Notes: generated by a model from the sequence alone, not told the origin. A DNA stretch of 64,000 nucleotides from Armatimonadota bacterium (GCA_049969495.1 JBMFOT010000007.1:1689-65688); one strand, 5' to 3'; shown: positions 34,541-45,645, counted from the first letter of the stretch. Made by a program: numbers and translations.

Positions 34541-37500
34541 TTAAGGTAGTATCAATTCGCACTCCACGTTTGCCTTAATCCAGTAACCTTTCCACGGCTC
34601 CAGTGTGTTGCGGATGCCGGGTATCAGGTTGGCATCGTAAATCAGCACGTAGGAACCTCTGTTCGGGTCGTTGGCGTCTTGCTGCCAGCCCCAGGCGTAG
34701 TCTTCTACCCAACCCGCCTGTTGCGCCTCCGCCAGCGTGAGTATCTGCTGGTCTTTGCGCACGCGGATTTGCTGTACATCCCACACAACCGCGCCCTGCG
34801 CCTGCGTGACGCCAAACAGGTTCCATCCGGGCTGCAGGCGGATGGTGCTGGGGGCTTTGACGCCCGACAGCAGGCGGTCTGCGGGAGCAGGCAGTCGCAC
34901 CCAGTACGCCTTGCCTGGTTCCAGCGCCGTGATGTCGTTCGCCGTACGGTAGGCCCCCGCCACAGGGTCCCACCAGGCGATGCGCAGCTGTGCGGGGTCG
35001 ATGCCCAGCACGCTCGCCGGGTTCGCATCCAGCGGGAGCATCGGGATGGAGATGATGGATAGACCTGCCGGGAAGGTGTTGCCCAACCGGAGCGGTGCCA
35101 CCTCCACGCTCTGCTGCAGGGTGTTGTCGTACTCGTTCATCTCCTCCACGCTGTTTTCGGGGTCTACGACCACCGTGAGGTCGCGAGTGAGCAGCCCCCG
35201 ATGCGCATCCCACAACACCGACACCACCTGCTGTTGACCAGACTGCAGGCTATCGATACTTGCTTCGCCGATGTTCTGCGAGCCGTACAGCAGACGCACC
35301 ACCACGTTGTTGGCAGGCTCTTCGCCTTCGTTCACTACCCGCACGCTCAAGCGGGTCTTCCCATCCGCTTCATCGGCGAGCAGCTGGGTCGGTCTCAGGT
35401 TGGGTAGCCCCAGAGCGTTCACCTGAGCAGCTTTGTCCAGCTTCGTTTGCTCCAGCCCGGATTCGGCGACGATCTGGAAGGTGTAGATACCCTTCGCCAC
35501 AAACAGACGGTTATCGCCGGTGCCGTTCCATGTGACGCTGAACTGCCCGTTGCGTGGCTCGAAGGTGAAGCGCCGAACGATAGCGCCTGCGTCGGCAGTG
35601 TCGGTTCCGGCGAATACGTTCACCGTGACGTTGGCGGTCTGCGACAGGTTGAAGCGCAGGGTGACCGCTTCCTGTCCAATCTTGAACTGCTCGCGAGAGA
35701 GGGAGACGCCGGTAATGGTCAGCGCACCCTGTGCCAGCTGGAGCCTCTTCTCTACCACCTGCTCGGTCTGCGTGCCCTGTGCCGGGATGTGCAGGCGTAT
35801 GGTGTACGTGCCTGCGGGCAGCGGCTGGTCGGCGTCGTCCTTGCCATCCCAAGATAGCTGCTGTGGCGTGGCAGCCATCGGGGCAAGCGCGTGCAGGGTG
35901 CGAACAACCTGTCCGGCACTGTCCAGTACCAGTACCTGCACCGGTGCTTCGCCCGTGAGCCTGAACTGTATGTTCACGACGTCATCGATGCCGTCGCCGT
36001 TCGGGCTAAACGGGTTGGGGGCTACCTGCACGTCCTTCAACTCTACGGGCGCAGACAGGTTCACCGTAAACGCCCACTCTGCGCTGCCCACATTGCCCGC
36101 CAGGTCGCTCGCGGACACCCGCACGCGGTGTTCGCCCTCGCTCAGTGCGGAGGTGGGCTGATAGCGGAGAGTGGCGCTGGCGGCGTCGTAGGTGGCGGCG
36201 ACAGGGCTACCGTCTACCAGCATCTGCAGGCTGTTCGGGTTGACCACGCCGCTATCTAGCACCCGGGCGAGAATCAGCGGCTGTGCAGAGCGCACCACTT
36301 CGCCAGAGGCGGGCGCAACCGCGAGCACCTGTGGCGCGATGGTATCCACACTGCTCAGCGGTATCCAGCCGGTGGACGCCGTGATGTTATTCTGCAGCAG
36401 GTTCACCGTCATCATGCCCGTAGAGCCGCGTGTGGGAGCCGGGCGCACAACGGCGGTGAAGGTAAACTCCTGCGACGGCGCAAGCGCAGGCACTGCCGAT
36501 GCTCCTGCCGATACGAGGTCAAACGCCCCGGAAACCTGCACCTGCACGTTCACCGGTGAGGAGACCGCCGCTCCCTCGTTGCGCACCAGCACCAGCACCT
36601 GCTGCGTGCCATCGGGCTGAGGCGCGGCTAAGCCGGTAACGTAGAGCACCGCGGGCAGCTGCACGCCCAGCGTTTGCATCCGCTGAATCGCTTGGTCTAC
36701 CTGAGTCTCCGAGGCGGCGGTCAGCGCGATGGCTTCCTCCAGCGCGTTGTTGTAGGTCTGCACCGCGTTCGCCGCCTGCGCGGAGTCGGAGGACTCGATG
36801 AACCCGGCGACCGCCGCCAGCAGTTGCATCCGACGAGCGGTGCCCCTGTCCACGATGTCCACCGCCGCTCCTGCCTGGGCGGCAAAGCCGGGGTCTGCAG
36901 CGGAACCGTCCAGCCAGTTCTGGTTCAGCACCTGCTCGCGGGCGCGGATGCGCTCGTTCACCTGCGCGGTGGCGGCGATAAACTCATTCACCGCAGTCTG
37001 CAGCTGCTCCGGGGTCACCTGGTCGCTGGTCATCAGTGCGGCGAGACGTCGCGCCGCCGCCTCGAACTGCGCCGCCTGGCGAGAGCGCGTGCCGTAGATG
37101 CCTCGTCCGCCGGTGCCGGTCAGCCAGCTGGTTATCTCATTCAGCAGGTTGCGCCCAATCCAGTACTGAAGCCATCCGGGTTCTGGTTGACCCATCAGGT
37201 CGTACTCCCAGATAGCTTTGCCAGCACCATCCACGCGCAACCACACGATAGGAGTGGTCGCAGCCTGCGCTACCTTGCCTACAGGCAACAGCCCATCCGC
37301 AACCGAACCGATGAAATTGAGCACGTGCGCCCACCAGGGTATGTTGCCGAGCAGCACATCGCGCGAGCTGCGCAGGGTATCGTTGAGCCAGCCGGTCAGC
37401 AATCCGAAGGGTTGAGCAATGGCTTTACGCCACTGACGGTCGTTCTGAATAGTAGCGCGCACCTCCTGAATCCGGCTACGCATCAGCGCATCGTCTCCGG

Positions 37501-40500
37501 GCAGCGAGCCGGTTTGCTGGATGGTTCTGTCTACTGCTGCCAGCTGCGCCAAAGCCAAGGTCTCGTCCCCCTGCCAGCGGATTTCCACAAAGGGCCATAC
37601 CACCGCCGATACCGCGCTATCATATACGCCGGTGAGGGAAACGGTGAAGTTGTCCTGCACCGCTTGCTGAATCAAGCCGTCGATACTGCCGAAAACACTG
37701 TCGATAACCCTTCCGACGAGCTCGTTATCGGTTTTGAACACACCCTGCTCTATCGTTTTCCACGAGCCGAAAGTAATCGGCAGCTTCCGCAGTAGACCCG
37801 TTATCTCGCCGCGTACTGCGGAGACCAGACCTTCCAGCGCTGCCTGGATGCGGGTTCGCTGGGTTGTCAGCGCAGCCACGAAGGCGTTCGCCGAGGCAAC
37901 CTCACCGGGGAACTGTTGCAGGTAGCGCGCCTTCACCAGGTTCAGGTTGGCGTCGCTCATGCCGTTCTTCAAGATGTTCAGCATGTCATCGCGAAACTCG
38001 GGGTGGATGAGCAAGTAGGAGTCCAAACCGACGAGGCGTGCGGTATCATCCAGGGCTCCTTCTGCGAGCTTCGCGTTGAGTTTGAACCCCTTCAGTGCGG
38101 TGAACGAATCGGTTGCTGTCTCGAAGATCTTGAGCTCGCTGGCGAAGAAGAGCAGGATGTCTACCACCGCTTTCACCAGCTCCTCGCCGTATTGCTTCCG
38201 GGCTTCGTAGAACTCCTGCAGCGCGGGCACCGCCGCTTCCAGACGTGCTGCTGCACTGAGCAGGCTTTGCAGTTTCTGCCTGTCCTGACCGGTTTGCTGT
38301 GCCCATTCCCTCAGGTAGCGGGTAATCGGCAGGTTGGGGAACCCCGTTTCCGCCTCGAACCCCAGACGGAACTTGTCCGGTATCGGTGTCATGGCGCGCA
38401 CCAGGTCCCACACGCGCTGTTCGAACTGCATCGCCTGGTCGTTGATTTCCACCGCAGGCTCTGGTGGCGACAGGATGGCGAGGTCATAGTTGCCCGTCTG
38501 GTCTGTATACGCGCGCGGGTCGGTGTCGTTGTTCTGCACGACGGCAAGCACCTGCACGTCGGCGATGGGGGCGGAGGGCTTGTTCAGTTGACGCTCTATG
38601 ACCCCACCGCGTACCGAGCCGGGCAGCTGCGACACCGTTGAACCATCGACGGGCAGAGGGGCACTGACGTCCTCGAACCCCAGTTTGCTGTAGCGCAGGA
38701 AGGCGTTTTTGTACACGAGGAATCGACGGGTGCCTTTGAGCTGCGGTATCTCCTCGTCGGTGGCGGTGACCTCCACGCGGATGAACGGCTCCGTGAAGTT
38801 CTGAGGTGGGTTGTAGCGTATCGCCAGAGGCAGTTCCTGTAGCTGTTCACCGGTGCTGCCTGCGCTCACCTCGATGCGGAAGCGACGTCCTCGCACAATG
38901 GTTCCCGTTTCTACCTGCGGCAAGCCCGTTTGCGGCTGCACCCGCAGCTGCAGGTCTTTACCCAGCGCCGCACCCACCGCGCCGTTAAAGTCCGAGCGCC
39001 CTAACATGCTTTCGGGGATGGCGTACACCTGCACGCGCAGGTCTTCAGGCAGCAGTTTGAAGTCGTGCGTTTCGGTTTCGGTGCCGCGGCTGTCGATGGT
39101 CAGCGAGTAGTTGCCCTCTGCGTTGGTGCGGAGGGTACCTCCGTTCTCCACGACGATAGTGGCGTTGCGCAAGGGCTTCAACTGCAGTTCTCGACCCTCC
39201 AGCTGCCACGCCAGCACCGTGCCCCGCAGCTCCTTCAGTCCCTGTCGCAGTTCCACCTCCACGTCGCCCTCGGGCTCTATCTGGCGATACCCCGATGCCT
39301 CTACGTGATAGCGTATGGTGGTCACAGCCAGCGCGGTAAAGCTCTTTTGCGCGGTCTCCACAGGTGTGCCAGGCGGGGTCATCACTGCTTCTTCGCGTGC
39401 CTCAACGGTGGCTTGTAGCTCGCCCGGTTCCTCCACCAGCAGGACGAACACGAACTGTCCGTTGCGCCCGACGGCACGCCAGTCCTCGTTGTACGACACG
39501 GTGGGCGAGAGCGCGGTTGGCAACAGCTTGCGCAGGCTACCCCTTAGGCGCACGATCGCGTTCGTCACAGGTTCCTGAGTCTGGGCGTCGAGCACCACGC
39601 CCTTAATCATCACCGTCGCCGTGCCCTTGAAGGGGATACGGATGGGGTTGACGAATTGCCCCGTTTCGGTCATGGGCGGGTCGGTGAAGCGAATGAGTAG
39701 CGGTGAGCTCTTCACCCGCAGTTCGCGCGACTGGGTGACGGAGCCTTCGCAGCCGGTCGCGGTGGCAGTTGCCCGAATCACGCCGACGAAGTCGCCCTCT
39801 GGCGTACTGGCAATCGCACGAGGTGTGTTGCGCAGGGTCACTCCTGCCAGAAAGACGCCGGTGCCACCGAGCGGTTTGAGCACGACGGTCTGGTCGCCGT
39901 TATCGAAGTCCACTTTGACCAGCGCCTGGCTCAGGTCGCCATCGCCGCTGACGCGTACCCGCACATTGCCCCGCCATGGTATCCGGAACGGCTCCTGTAC
40001 CGGCTCGAAGTCCCCCAGACGAGCCTCTAAGAAATCGATGCTCTCGATGCGCAGGTTGCGCGGCACTTGCTTGTACAGCTCCTGCAGTCGCTGTTGGGCG
40101 ATATTCATCGCCTCGTCCGCGCTGCGCGCGCATACGGTGACAATCACGTCGCGCATGCACAGCTTCAGCTTGAGGTTTGAGATGTTCCAGAAGTGGCCGT
40201 CGTTGAAATTGCTCTTCCGGATGTCCACCCTTCCGCCCGGAGGCGTACCGATGGGCACGGTAACGGACGGCTGGTTGGCGCAGTGCCGGGCATATATCTC
40301 TCTCACCAGCACTCTGGAGCCCAGGTTGACCTCGTACAGCTGCGAGTCGGGCGGGCAGTCGGTGTTGACGGTAATCTGCAGAGGTGGTTGATTGCCCTCC
40401 CAGATGCGCAGGCTGCCGACCGCTCGCGAATTGGCTCGGATCAGAGCCTGTTCCGCTGGGCTCAGCAAGCGCACCGTGCCGGCAGGTACGCGGGCGGAGC

Positions 40501-43500
40501 GCGTGTTGCTCAGCGCGAAAACTGCAGGCGGGATGGAGAACACCTGCACCCCCAGCGGTATCTGGTTCTGCAGCGCACCGATTTCCACCCCGTTGTAAGC
40601 GATGTACATGTCGAACGGCACCAGGTTGTAGGTTACCTGGATGCTGTTTTCAAACTCCAGCATCGCCTGCTCGACGTTTTCGAACCGCATTCCGCCCACA
40701 TCCGCTCCCCCGGAGTAAAGCGGGAACACTTTGAACTCAATCGCCTCGCCGGGTGCCAGATATGCATGGCTCACCTGCGGTTCGATGCCCACCTGACCGT
40801 TCACCGAGTCGTCCGGTGCGACGTTCACATCCACCGCAGGCTCGGTGCCGATGTTGCGGATGCGGTAGGTTTGCACGCGGGTGGTCGGGTCCTCGTTCAG
40901 CAAGTCCACCACCAGTTGCGCCTGGGAGGGGCGGACGCGCACGCTAGCTTCGGCTTCATCGGTCATCTGCTCGGGCTCACCAACGGTACGCGCCACGAAC
41001 CGCCACGCGTAGTTGGCGTTGCGCGCGTTCTGGAAGTGGCAGGCAAAGGTGAGGGTGGCGGTACCGTTCGGCTGGATGATTATCGGTTCGTCGAAGCTTC
41101 CGAGCCCGATGAAGCCCGCTGGGGCATCGTCGTAGCTGTTCAGCACGCTCACCTGCACCTGATGAGGGCGGCTATCGTTGTTGCGCAATGTCACGCTGAA
41201 GCGCTGGTCATAGTCTCGGCGTGCCTCAAACTGCATTTGCGGGTCAGTGAAGGCGATGCCCTTGGTCACTGTAACCGTGCGCTCTTCGCTCTGGGCGCTA
41301 CCGTAAGCGTTGGTGCTACGTGCGATGAAGACGTAGCGTGCGTTGCGCTGCAGGTTGCGCAGGGTGACGCTGTGCTGGGTGCCCGGCTCACCGGTGGCTG
41401 TGCGCCAGTCGGCGTCGGCGGTGCTCCGATACAGCACCTCGGTGCTGGCAGGAACATGGGTGTTCCAGCGGATGGTCAGGTCGGTCGTGCCGACTGTGGC
41501 GCCGTTGACAGGGGTGAGGCTGGTGATGATCGGCTCGGCGATGATGCGCAGGGTGCGTTGGGCGGAGACCTGCAGGCTATACGCGCTGGCAGTGGCGGTG
41601 ATGGTGAACACCACATCGCGGCTGGTGACGTTGCTGGGCACCCGGATTCGTAACCTTTGCTGAGCCTCCTGACCGGGCACCAACCGCAGGCTCATTGCGC
41701 TCAGGTCGCCCCAGCCCTCCGGCAGACCGGTGACCTCCAGCACAGGGGTCAGCTCCACCTGCCCATTGTTGCGCAGCACGATATCGATATCCACCGTTTG
41801 CCCCGGCGCCAGAGGCACTGGGGGTTCGGAGACCGAAGTGAGCTCCAGAGCAGGGCGGGGTGCAACGTTGATTGCCAGCACCTGTGCCAGCGAGTTGTTC
41901 TCCTCGTTGCTTTCGGCAACGACGTTGTCAGGGTCAATAACCGCCGTCAGCGGGTGGCTATTCCCCTGAATGGCGGGCCACTCCACCACGATTTGCCGGC
42001 TTCCACCGGGTTCGGGCGCTAGCACGTCTAAGTTGCGCTGGAACGAGCCGTCGATGCTGATACGTACCGGTACATTACCCTGGTAGGCGCCGCCGTTGTT
42101 CAGCACCTGCATCCGCACGCGCACTCGGTCGCCCTGGCGCACGCCCTCCGTCGGTTCGTATTGCAGGTCGCCGAAGGCGAAGTCAGGAGCGTCCACCGGG
42201 TAGTTCACCACGTGGTTCAGCACGTTGTTGGTGTCATCACTCTCGGCGATGCGGTTGTCGGGGTCTACCTCAGCGCGGATGGCGCGATTAGCCCCCGGGG
42301 TGACCGTCCAGCGTAGGGGGATATCGGTGGTACCCCCTTCAGGGATGTTGACGTTTGCCTCCACGGGGGGCAGGCGTGTGCCGTCTACCTGTGCTGCCAC
42401 GCTGAGGCGTCCCTGATACGCGCCGGAACTGCGCACGCGCACGATCACGTTCGCGGTGTCGCCGGCAGGCTTGCCTGTGGGCTGGATGTCGATACTCTCT
42501 ACAGTAAAGTCCACCGGAGCCACGCTCGCCGCCAGCCGCTCTTCGGTGGCGTTGTTGTCTTCATTGCTCTCGGAGATGACGTTGTCGGGGTCCACCACCA
42601 CACGCACCAGCGGGTTGTCTATTGGGCGGTCTACGTTCCATGCCACAGAGACCTCGGTACTCACGCCCGAGTCGAGACCTCCGATAAGCGCCTGTCCCAC
42701 AGCCTGCCCATCCACAAAGAGACGCACCGGAATGCCCTGTGGATAGCCGATAGGCAGTCGGAAGTTGCCTCCGTCGTTGCGGATTTGTACATTAAAGCGG
42801 ATGGTACTGCCGAAGCGCAGGTCGCCGGGCAGTTGCACCGACATCTGCGACAGCACGAAGTCAGGAGGAGGCACTACCGGCAGGTCGGTTTCGATGGTGT
42901 TGTTATCGGGTTGCGGGTCGCTGATGTCCTCCGGCGACACCCGCACGCGCAGGCGCGTTGCGCCCATCGGACGGGCGGTAGACAGGCTGAACCGCTGGTC
43001 CAACCCCGCTGCCAGGTTCGGGATGCTGGAGGTGCTGGTGGCAAGTACCGCACCGTTGCTGTCCAGTTGCTGCAGCACGATCGGCACTGCACCTGCCAGT
43101 TGTCCACCAGTGTTGCGCACGCGCACGGTCGCCACGTATTGCTGTCCGACCTGCGGGTTGGTGGGTAGCAGTTCCAGCTCCGACAGGGCGACCTCGGGGG
43201 CACGTACATCCGGCAGGGTGACCTCGCGCACGTTGTTGGCGACGTTGGCTTCACCCAGCGTCCTGCTGGGGTCCACAATTGCCTGCAGGCGATGCTGCCC
43301 AGGTCGCGCCGTGTAGTCGATGCGCACAATCTGGCTGCTGCCGGGTGGTATGGGCGGCACCAATTGCGCGACCTGTAGCGTCGCGTCGTCCAGGCGGAAC
43401 TCCACGTTCACCGGCGTGTTGATGCGCCCCTGTCCGACGTTGCGCACCTCCACTGCCACGCTCACTCTTTGCCTCATCGCAAAGGTATCGGGCGAGAAGG

Positions 43501-45613
43501 TCAGGTTGGCTATCTCCAGGTCCGGCGGGATGATCTCCGGCAAGTCGAGCGAGGCGCGGTTGTTGTCGGTGTTGGCGTCGGGCAGGCGGAAGTAGGGGTC
43601 TGCCACTACCCGCAGGGTGTGTGTGCCGCTGGTGGCTGTCCAGCTGGCGGAGAGGGGCTGCGACGCGCCTGCCGCCAAGCCGTTCAGGTTCAAGAGCGCC
43701 ACCGAACCCTCATCGATGAGGAACTGCACCGCAATGGGGCGTAATGTCGCGCCGCCCGCGTTGCGCACCACTGCCCGCAGCTGCACTTCCTGCCCGTAGG
43801 CGATATCTGCACTGGGCACATGAGATAACGATTCCACAATCAGGTCCGGCGGAGCGATGTCGGGGATGCGCACCTCAGCGCGCTCGCGCACCGTGGGATC
43901 ACTGGAACGGATGCCGTTGTTGGTCTCATCGCTTTCGCCCGCTTCGTCCAGGTCGTCCACTTGTGCGCCCACCGTCTGGTTCGTGCCTGCGCGCGCCTCA
44001 AAGGGAATCACCACCTCCGTGCTGGCGCCTTGAGCCAGTCCACCGGTCACCCGCGCGACCCCGTTGACTGGCATGGGGTTGCCCGTCGCGCCGGGTAGCA
44101 GGATCACTCGGAAGTCGCTCAGGGTATCTGCGCCGTTGTTGGCAACGGTCACCACTGCCTCCACGCGCTGACCATCCACCAGCCCTTCTGCCGGCTGGAT
44201 GCGCACACCGCTGACCACCAGGTCTGGGGCGGGCACCGGCGCAAACTCCAGCAGCTGCGCGTTGTTACTCTCGCTGGTCTCGCTCACCCAGTTGTAGTAG
44301 TCCGCAACCACGCGCAGGCGGGAGTCGTTGCCACGCAGGCGCACGGGCAGGGCGATGTCCACTGTCGCATTGGCGCCTAGGCTGGGTACGTCCTGATAGG
44401 CTGCCAGTCTTTCGTTCGCGCCTCCTGAAGAGGCAAACACCGCCACGCGGAACGCCTGCGCAACGGCGTCTACCCCCTCATTGCGGATGCGGATGTTTGC
44501 GGTCACCGTCTGCCCGTCTTTAAAGTTCTCCGAGGGCGTGGGGGCGACGCTAGTCACCTGCAGGTCACGATCGGGCACCACGGTAATGATGGCGCTGTCC
44601 TCATCCACACGCCCCGCGCTGTCGCGTACGCGCACGCTAATGACGTACTGTCCCAGCGTGTCCCAGCGGTAAGGTACCTGCACTCCGGTAGCGTCGTCAA
44701 ACTGTCCATCGTTATCTAAATCCCATTCATAGGCAACAATCTGGTCTACCGAGTTGGAGGCGGAGGCATCCAGAATCACCTCGCGTCCTCGTCCAACCGT
44801 ACGGTCGGGAATCAGTGCTTGAATGCCTGCTGCACCGCCGAAGAAGAAGGTGACGGTCACTTCCCACGTTTGCCCGGGCGCGAGGTCACCGATGTTCCAC
44901 TGCAGTCCCACGCCTGCATCAGCAGTACCCGAGGCGGGATAGCGCGTCTGGTCGTTGAGTTGACCATCGTCCCAGTCGTCGTACAGCATGAAACTCCAGT
45001 GTCCCGTCCCGTGGTGACTGGAACGGATGCTGCCTGTAAAGCCGACCCGATAATAGCTATCATCGTTCATGAACACCGAGTCCGAGCCAACGTTGTACCA
45101 GGCGTAATCGCCGCCTGCGCCCGCAATATCGAAGTCGATGGTCTGGAAGAAGCGAACATCCTGAATAGGCTGAGAGCCGGTGTTGGTGAGCACGTAGGTG
45201 ATGTTGAACTGGCGCGAGGCTCCCGGGTAGAACTGCACCCGCCGGATGATGCGCAGGGAACGCCCGTTGGCGCTGTAGGAGACCACCGCTTCCGCTAGGC
45301 GGTCGGGCTGTAGTTCGCGGAAGCCCTGCTCGACCGTCATGTTCTCGGAAGGCACAATGCCTCCCCAGTCTGGCGTCCATACGCCGTAATGCTCCAGATA
45401 AACGGCATCCGCGCTCTGTCCCGGTGCATAGCGGAAGATCCATGTATTGCTGTTGCGTGGACCGACACGGATGTCTAACAGATCGTTTTGCGCAACAAAG
45501 TCCTGCCCGTCCACACCGCGCGTATCGAGGTCAGGCTTCTCCTGCGCGAAGAGAGTGGCTGCTCCCAGCAGCCAGGTGCTCACCCACAAAAACGTGAGGA
45601 AGGTGGCTCTCAT
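34541..45613 (-). CDS. Giant secreted surface protein (PKD, multiple CARDB, FN3-like, FlgD-Ig domains)
   Basis: Uninterrupted 3690-aa ORF; signal peptide; PKD (LDASAS..YEWDLDNDG); repeated 'PDL.V..........VDP.N...ES.E.NN' CARDB units; two 'WDGKDD / WNGTGD' FlgD-like domains. Confidence 0.92.
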   Translation of the reverse strand: MRATFLTFLWVSTWLLGAATLFAQEKPDLDTRGVDGQDFVAQNDLLDIRVGPRNSNTWIFRYAPGQSADAVYLEHYGVWTPDWGGIVPSENMTVEQGFRELQPDRLAEAVVSYSANGRSLRIIRRVQFYPGASRQFNITYVLTNTGSQPIQDVRFFQTIDFDIAGAGGDYAWYNVGSDSVFMNDDSYYRVGFTGSIRSSHHGTGHWSFMLYDDWDDGQLNDQTRYPASGTADAGVGLQWNIGDLAPGQTWEVTVTFFFGGAAGIQALIPDRTVGRGREVILDASASNSVDQIVAYEWDLDNDGQFDDATGVQVPYRWDTLGQYVISVRVRDSAGRVDEDSAIITVVPDRDLQVTSVAPTPSENFKDGQTVTANIRIRNEGVDAVAQAFRVAVFASSGGANERLAAYQDVPSLGANATVDIALPVRLRGNDSRLRVVADYYNWVSETSESNNAQLLEFAPVPAPDLVVSGVRIQPAEGLVDGQRVEAVVTVANNGADTLSDFRVILLPGATGNPMPVNGVARVTGGLAQGASTEVVIPFEARAGTNQTVGAQVDDLDEAGESDETNNGIRSSDPTVRERAEVRIPDIAPPDLIVESLSHVPSADIAYGQEVQLRAVVRNAGGATLRPIAVQFLIDEGSVALLNLNGLAAGASQPLSASWTATSGTHTLRVVADPYFRLPDANTDNNRASLDLPEIIPPDLEIANLTFSPDTFAMRQRVSVAVEVRNVGQGRINTPVNVEFRLDDATLQVAQLVPPIPPGSSQIVRIDYTARPGQHRLQAIVDPSRTLGEANVANNVREVTLPDVRAPEVALSELELLPTNPQVGQQYVATVRVRNTGGQLAGAVPIVLQQLDSNGAVLATSTSSIPNLAAGLDQRFSLSTARPMGATRLRVRVSPEDISDPQPDNNTIETDLPVVPPPDFVLSQMSVQLPGDLRFGSTIRFNVQIRNDGGNFRLPIGYPQGIPVRLFVDGQAVGQALIGGLDSGVSTEVSVAWNVDRPIDNPLVRVVVDPDNVISESNEDNNATEERLAASVAPVDFTVESIDIQPTGKPAGDTANVIVRVRSSGAYQGRLSVAAQVDGTRLPPVEANVNIPEGGTTDIPLRWTVTPGANRAIRAEVDPDNRIAESDDTNNVLNHVVNYPVDAPDFAFGDLQYEPTEGVRQGDRVRVRMQVLNNGGAYQGNVPVRISIDGSFQRNLDVLAPEPGGSRQIVVEWPAIQGNSHPLTAVIDPDNVVAESNEENNSLAQVLAINVAPRPALELTSVSEPPVPLAPGQTVDIDIVLRNNGQVELTPVLEVTGLPEGWGDLSAMSLRLVPGQEAQQRLRIRVPSNVTSRDVVFTITATASAYSLQVSAQRTLRIIAEPIITSLTPVNGATVGTTDLTIRWNTHVPASTEVLYRSTADADWRTATGEPGTQHSVTLRNLQRNARYVFIARSTNAYGSAQSEERTVTVTKGIAFTDPQMQFEARRDYDQRFSVTLRNNDSRPHQVQVSVLNSYDDAPAGFIGLGSFDEPIIIQPNGTATLTFACHFQNARNANYAWRFVARTVGEPEQMTDEAEASVRVRPSQAQLVVDLLNEDPTTRVQTYRIRNIGTEPAVDVNVAPDDSVNGQVGIEPQVSHAYLAPGEAIEFKVFPLYSGGADVGGMRFENVEQAMLEFENSIQVTYNLVPFDMYIAYNGVEIGALQNQIPLGVQVFSIPPAVFALSNTRSARVPAGTVRLLSPAEQALIRANSRAVGSLRIWEGNQPPLQITVNTDCPPDSQLYEVNLGSRVLVREIYARHCANQPSVTVPIGTPPGGRVDIRKSNFNDGHFWNISNLKLKLCMRDVIVTVCARSADEAMNIAQQRLQELYKQVPRNLRIESIDFLEARLGDFEPVQEPFRIPWRGNVRVRVSGDGDLSQALVKVDFDNGDQTVVLKPLGGTGVFLAGVTLRNTPRAIASTPEGDFVGVIRATATATGCEGSVTQSRELRVKSSPLLIRFTDPPMTETGQFVNPIRIPFKGTATVMIKGVVLDAQTQEPVTNAIVRLRGSLRKLLPTALSPTVSYNEDWRAVGRNGQFVFVLLVEEPGELQATVEAREEAVMTPPGTPVETAQKSFTALAVTTIRYHVEASGYRQIEPEGDVEVELRQGLKELRGTVLAWQLEGRELQLKPLRNATIVVENGGTLRTNAEGNYSLTIDSRGTETETHDFKLLPEDLRVQVYAIPESMLGRSDFNGAVGAALGKDLQLRVQPQTGLPQVETGTIVRGRRFRIEVSAGSTGEQLQELPLAIRYNPPQNFTEPFIRVEVTATDEEIPQLKGTRRFLVYKNAFLRYSKLGFEDVSAPLPVDGSTVSQLPGSVRGGVIERQLNKPSAPIADVQVLAVVQNNDTDPRAYTDQTGNYDLAILSPPEPAVEINDQAMQFEQRVWDLVRAMTPIPDKFRLGFEAETGFPNLPITRYLREWAQQTGQDRQKLQSLLSAAARLEAAVPALQEFYEARKQYGEELVKAVVDILLFFASELKIFETATDSFTALKGFKLNAKLAEGALDDTARLVGLDSYLLIHPEFRDDMLNILKNGMSDANLNLVKARYLQQFPGEVASANAFVAALTTQRTRIQAALEGLVSAVRGEITGLLRKLPITFGSWKTIEQGVFKTDNELVGRVIDSVFGSIDGLIQQAVQDNFTVSLTGVYDSAVSAVVWPFVEIRWQGDETLALAQLAAVDRTIQQTGSLPGDDALMRSRIQEVRATIQNDRQWRKAIAQPFGLLTGWLNDTLRSSRDVLLGNIPWWAHVLNFIGSVADGLLPVGKVAQAATTPIVWLRVDGAGKAIWEYDLMGQPEPGWLQYWIGRNLLNEITSWLTGTGGRGIYGTRSRQAAQFEAAARRLAALMTSDQVTPEQLQTAVNEFIAATAQVNERIRAREQVLNQNWLDGSAADPGFAAQAGAAVDIVDRGTARRMQLLAAVAGFIESSDSAQAANAVQTYNNALEEAIALTAASETQVDQAIQRMQTLGVQLPAVLYVTGLAAPQPDGTQQVLVLVRNEGAAVSSPVNVQVQVSGAFDLVSAGASAVPALAPSQEFTFTAVVRPAPTRGSTGMMTVNLLQNNITASTGWIPLSSVDTIAPQVLAVAPASGEVVRSAQPLILARVLDSGVVNPNSLQMLVDGSPVAATYDAASATLRYQPTSALSEGEHRVRVSASDLAGNVGSAEWAFTVNLSAPVELKDVQVAPNPFSPNGDGIDDVVNIQFRLTGEAPVQVLVLDSAGQVVRTLHALAPMAATPQQLSWDGKDDADQPLPAGTYTIRLHIPAQGTQTEQVVEKRLQLAQGALTITGVSLSREQFKIGQEAVTLRFNLSQTANVTVNVFAGTDTADAGAIVRRFTFEPRNGQFSVTWNGTGDNRLFVAKGIYTFQIVAESGLEQTKLDKAAQVNALGLPNLRPTQLLADEADGKTRLSVRVVNEGEEPANNVVVRLLYGSQNIGEASIDSLQSGQQQVVSVLWDAHRGLLTRDLTVVVDPENSVEEMNEYDNTLQQSVEVAPLRLGNTFPAGLSIISIPMLPLDANPASVLGIDPAQLRIAWWDPVAGAYRTANDITALEPGKAYWVRLPAPADRLLSGVKAPSTIRLQPGWNLFGVTQAQGAVVWDVQQIRVRKDQQILTLAEAQQAGWVEDYAWGWQQDANDPNRGSYVLIYDANLIPGIRNTLEPWKGYWIKANVECELILP

Positions 45614-45645
45614 GCTCGCATCCTCCTACGGATTCATGGTTCACT

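Noticed and set aside
41800-44600. CARDB units as a DNA tandem repeat or diversity-generating target
   Set aside because: The units are similar only at the protein-motif level; no long identical nucleotide repeats or reverse transcriptase were seen.
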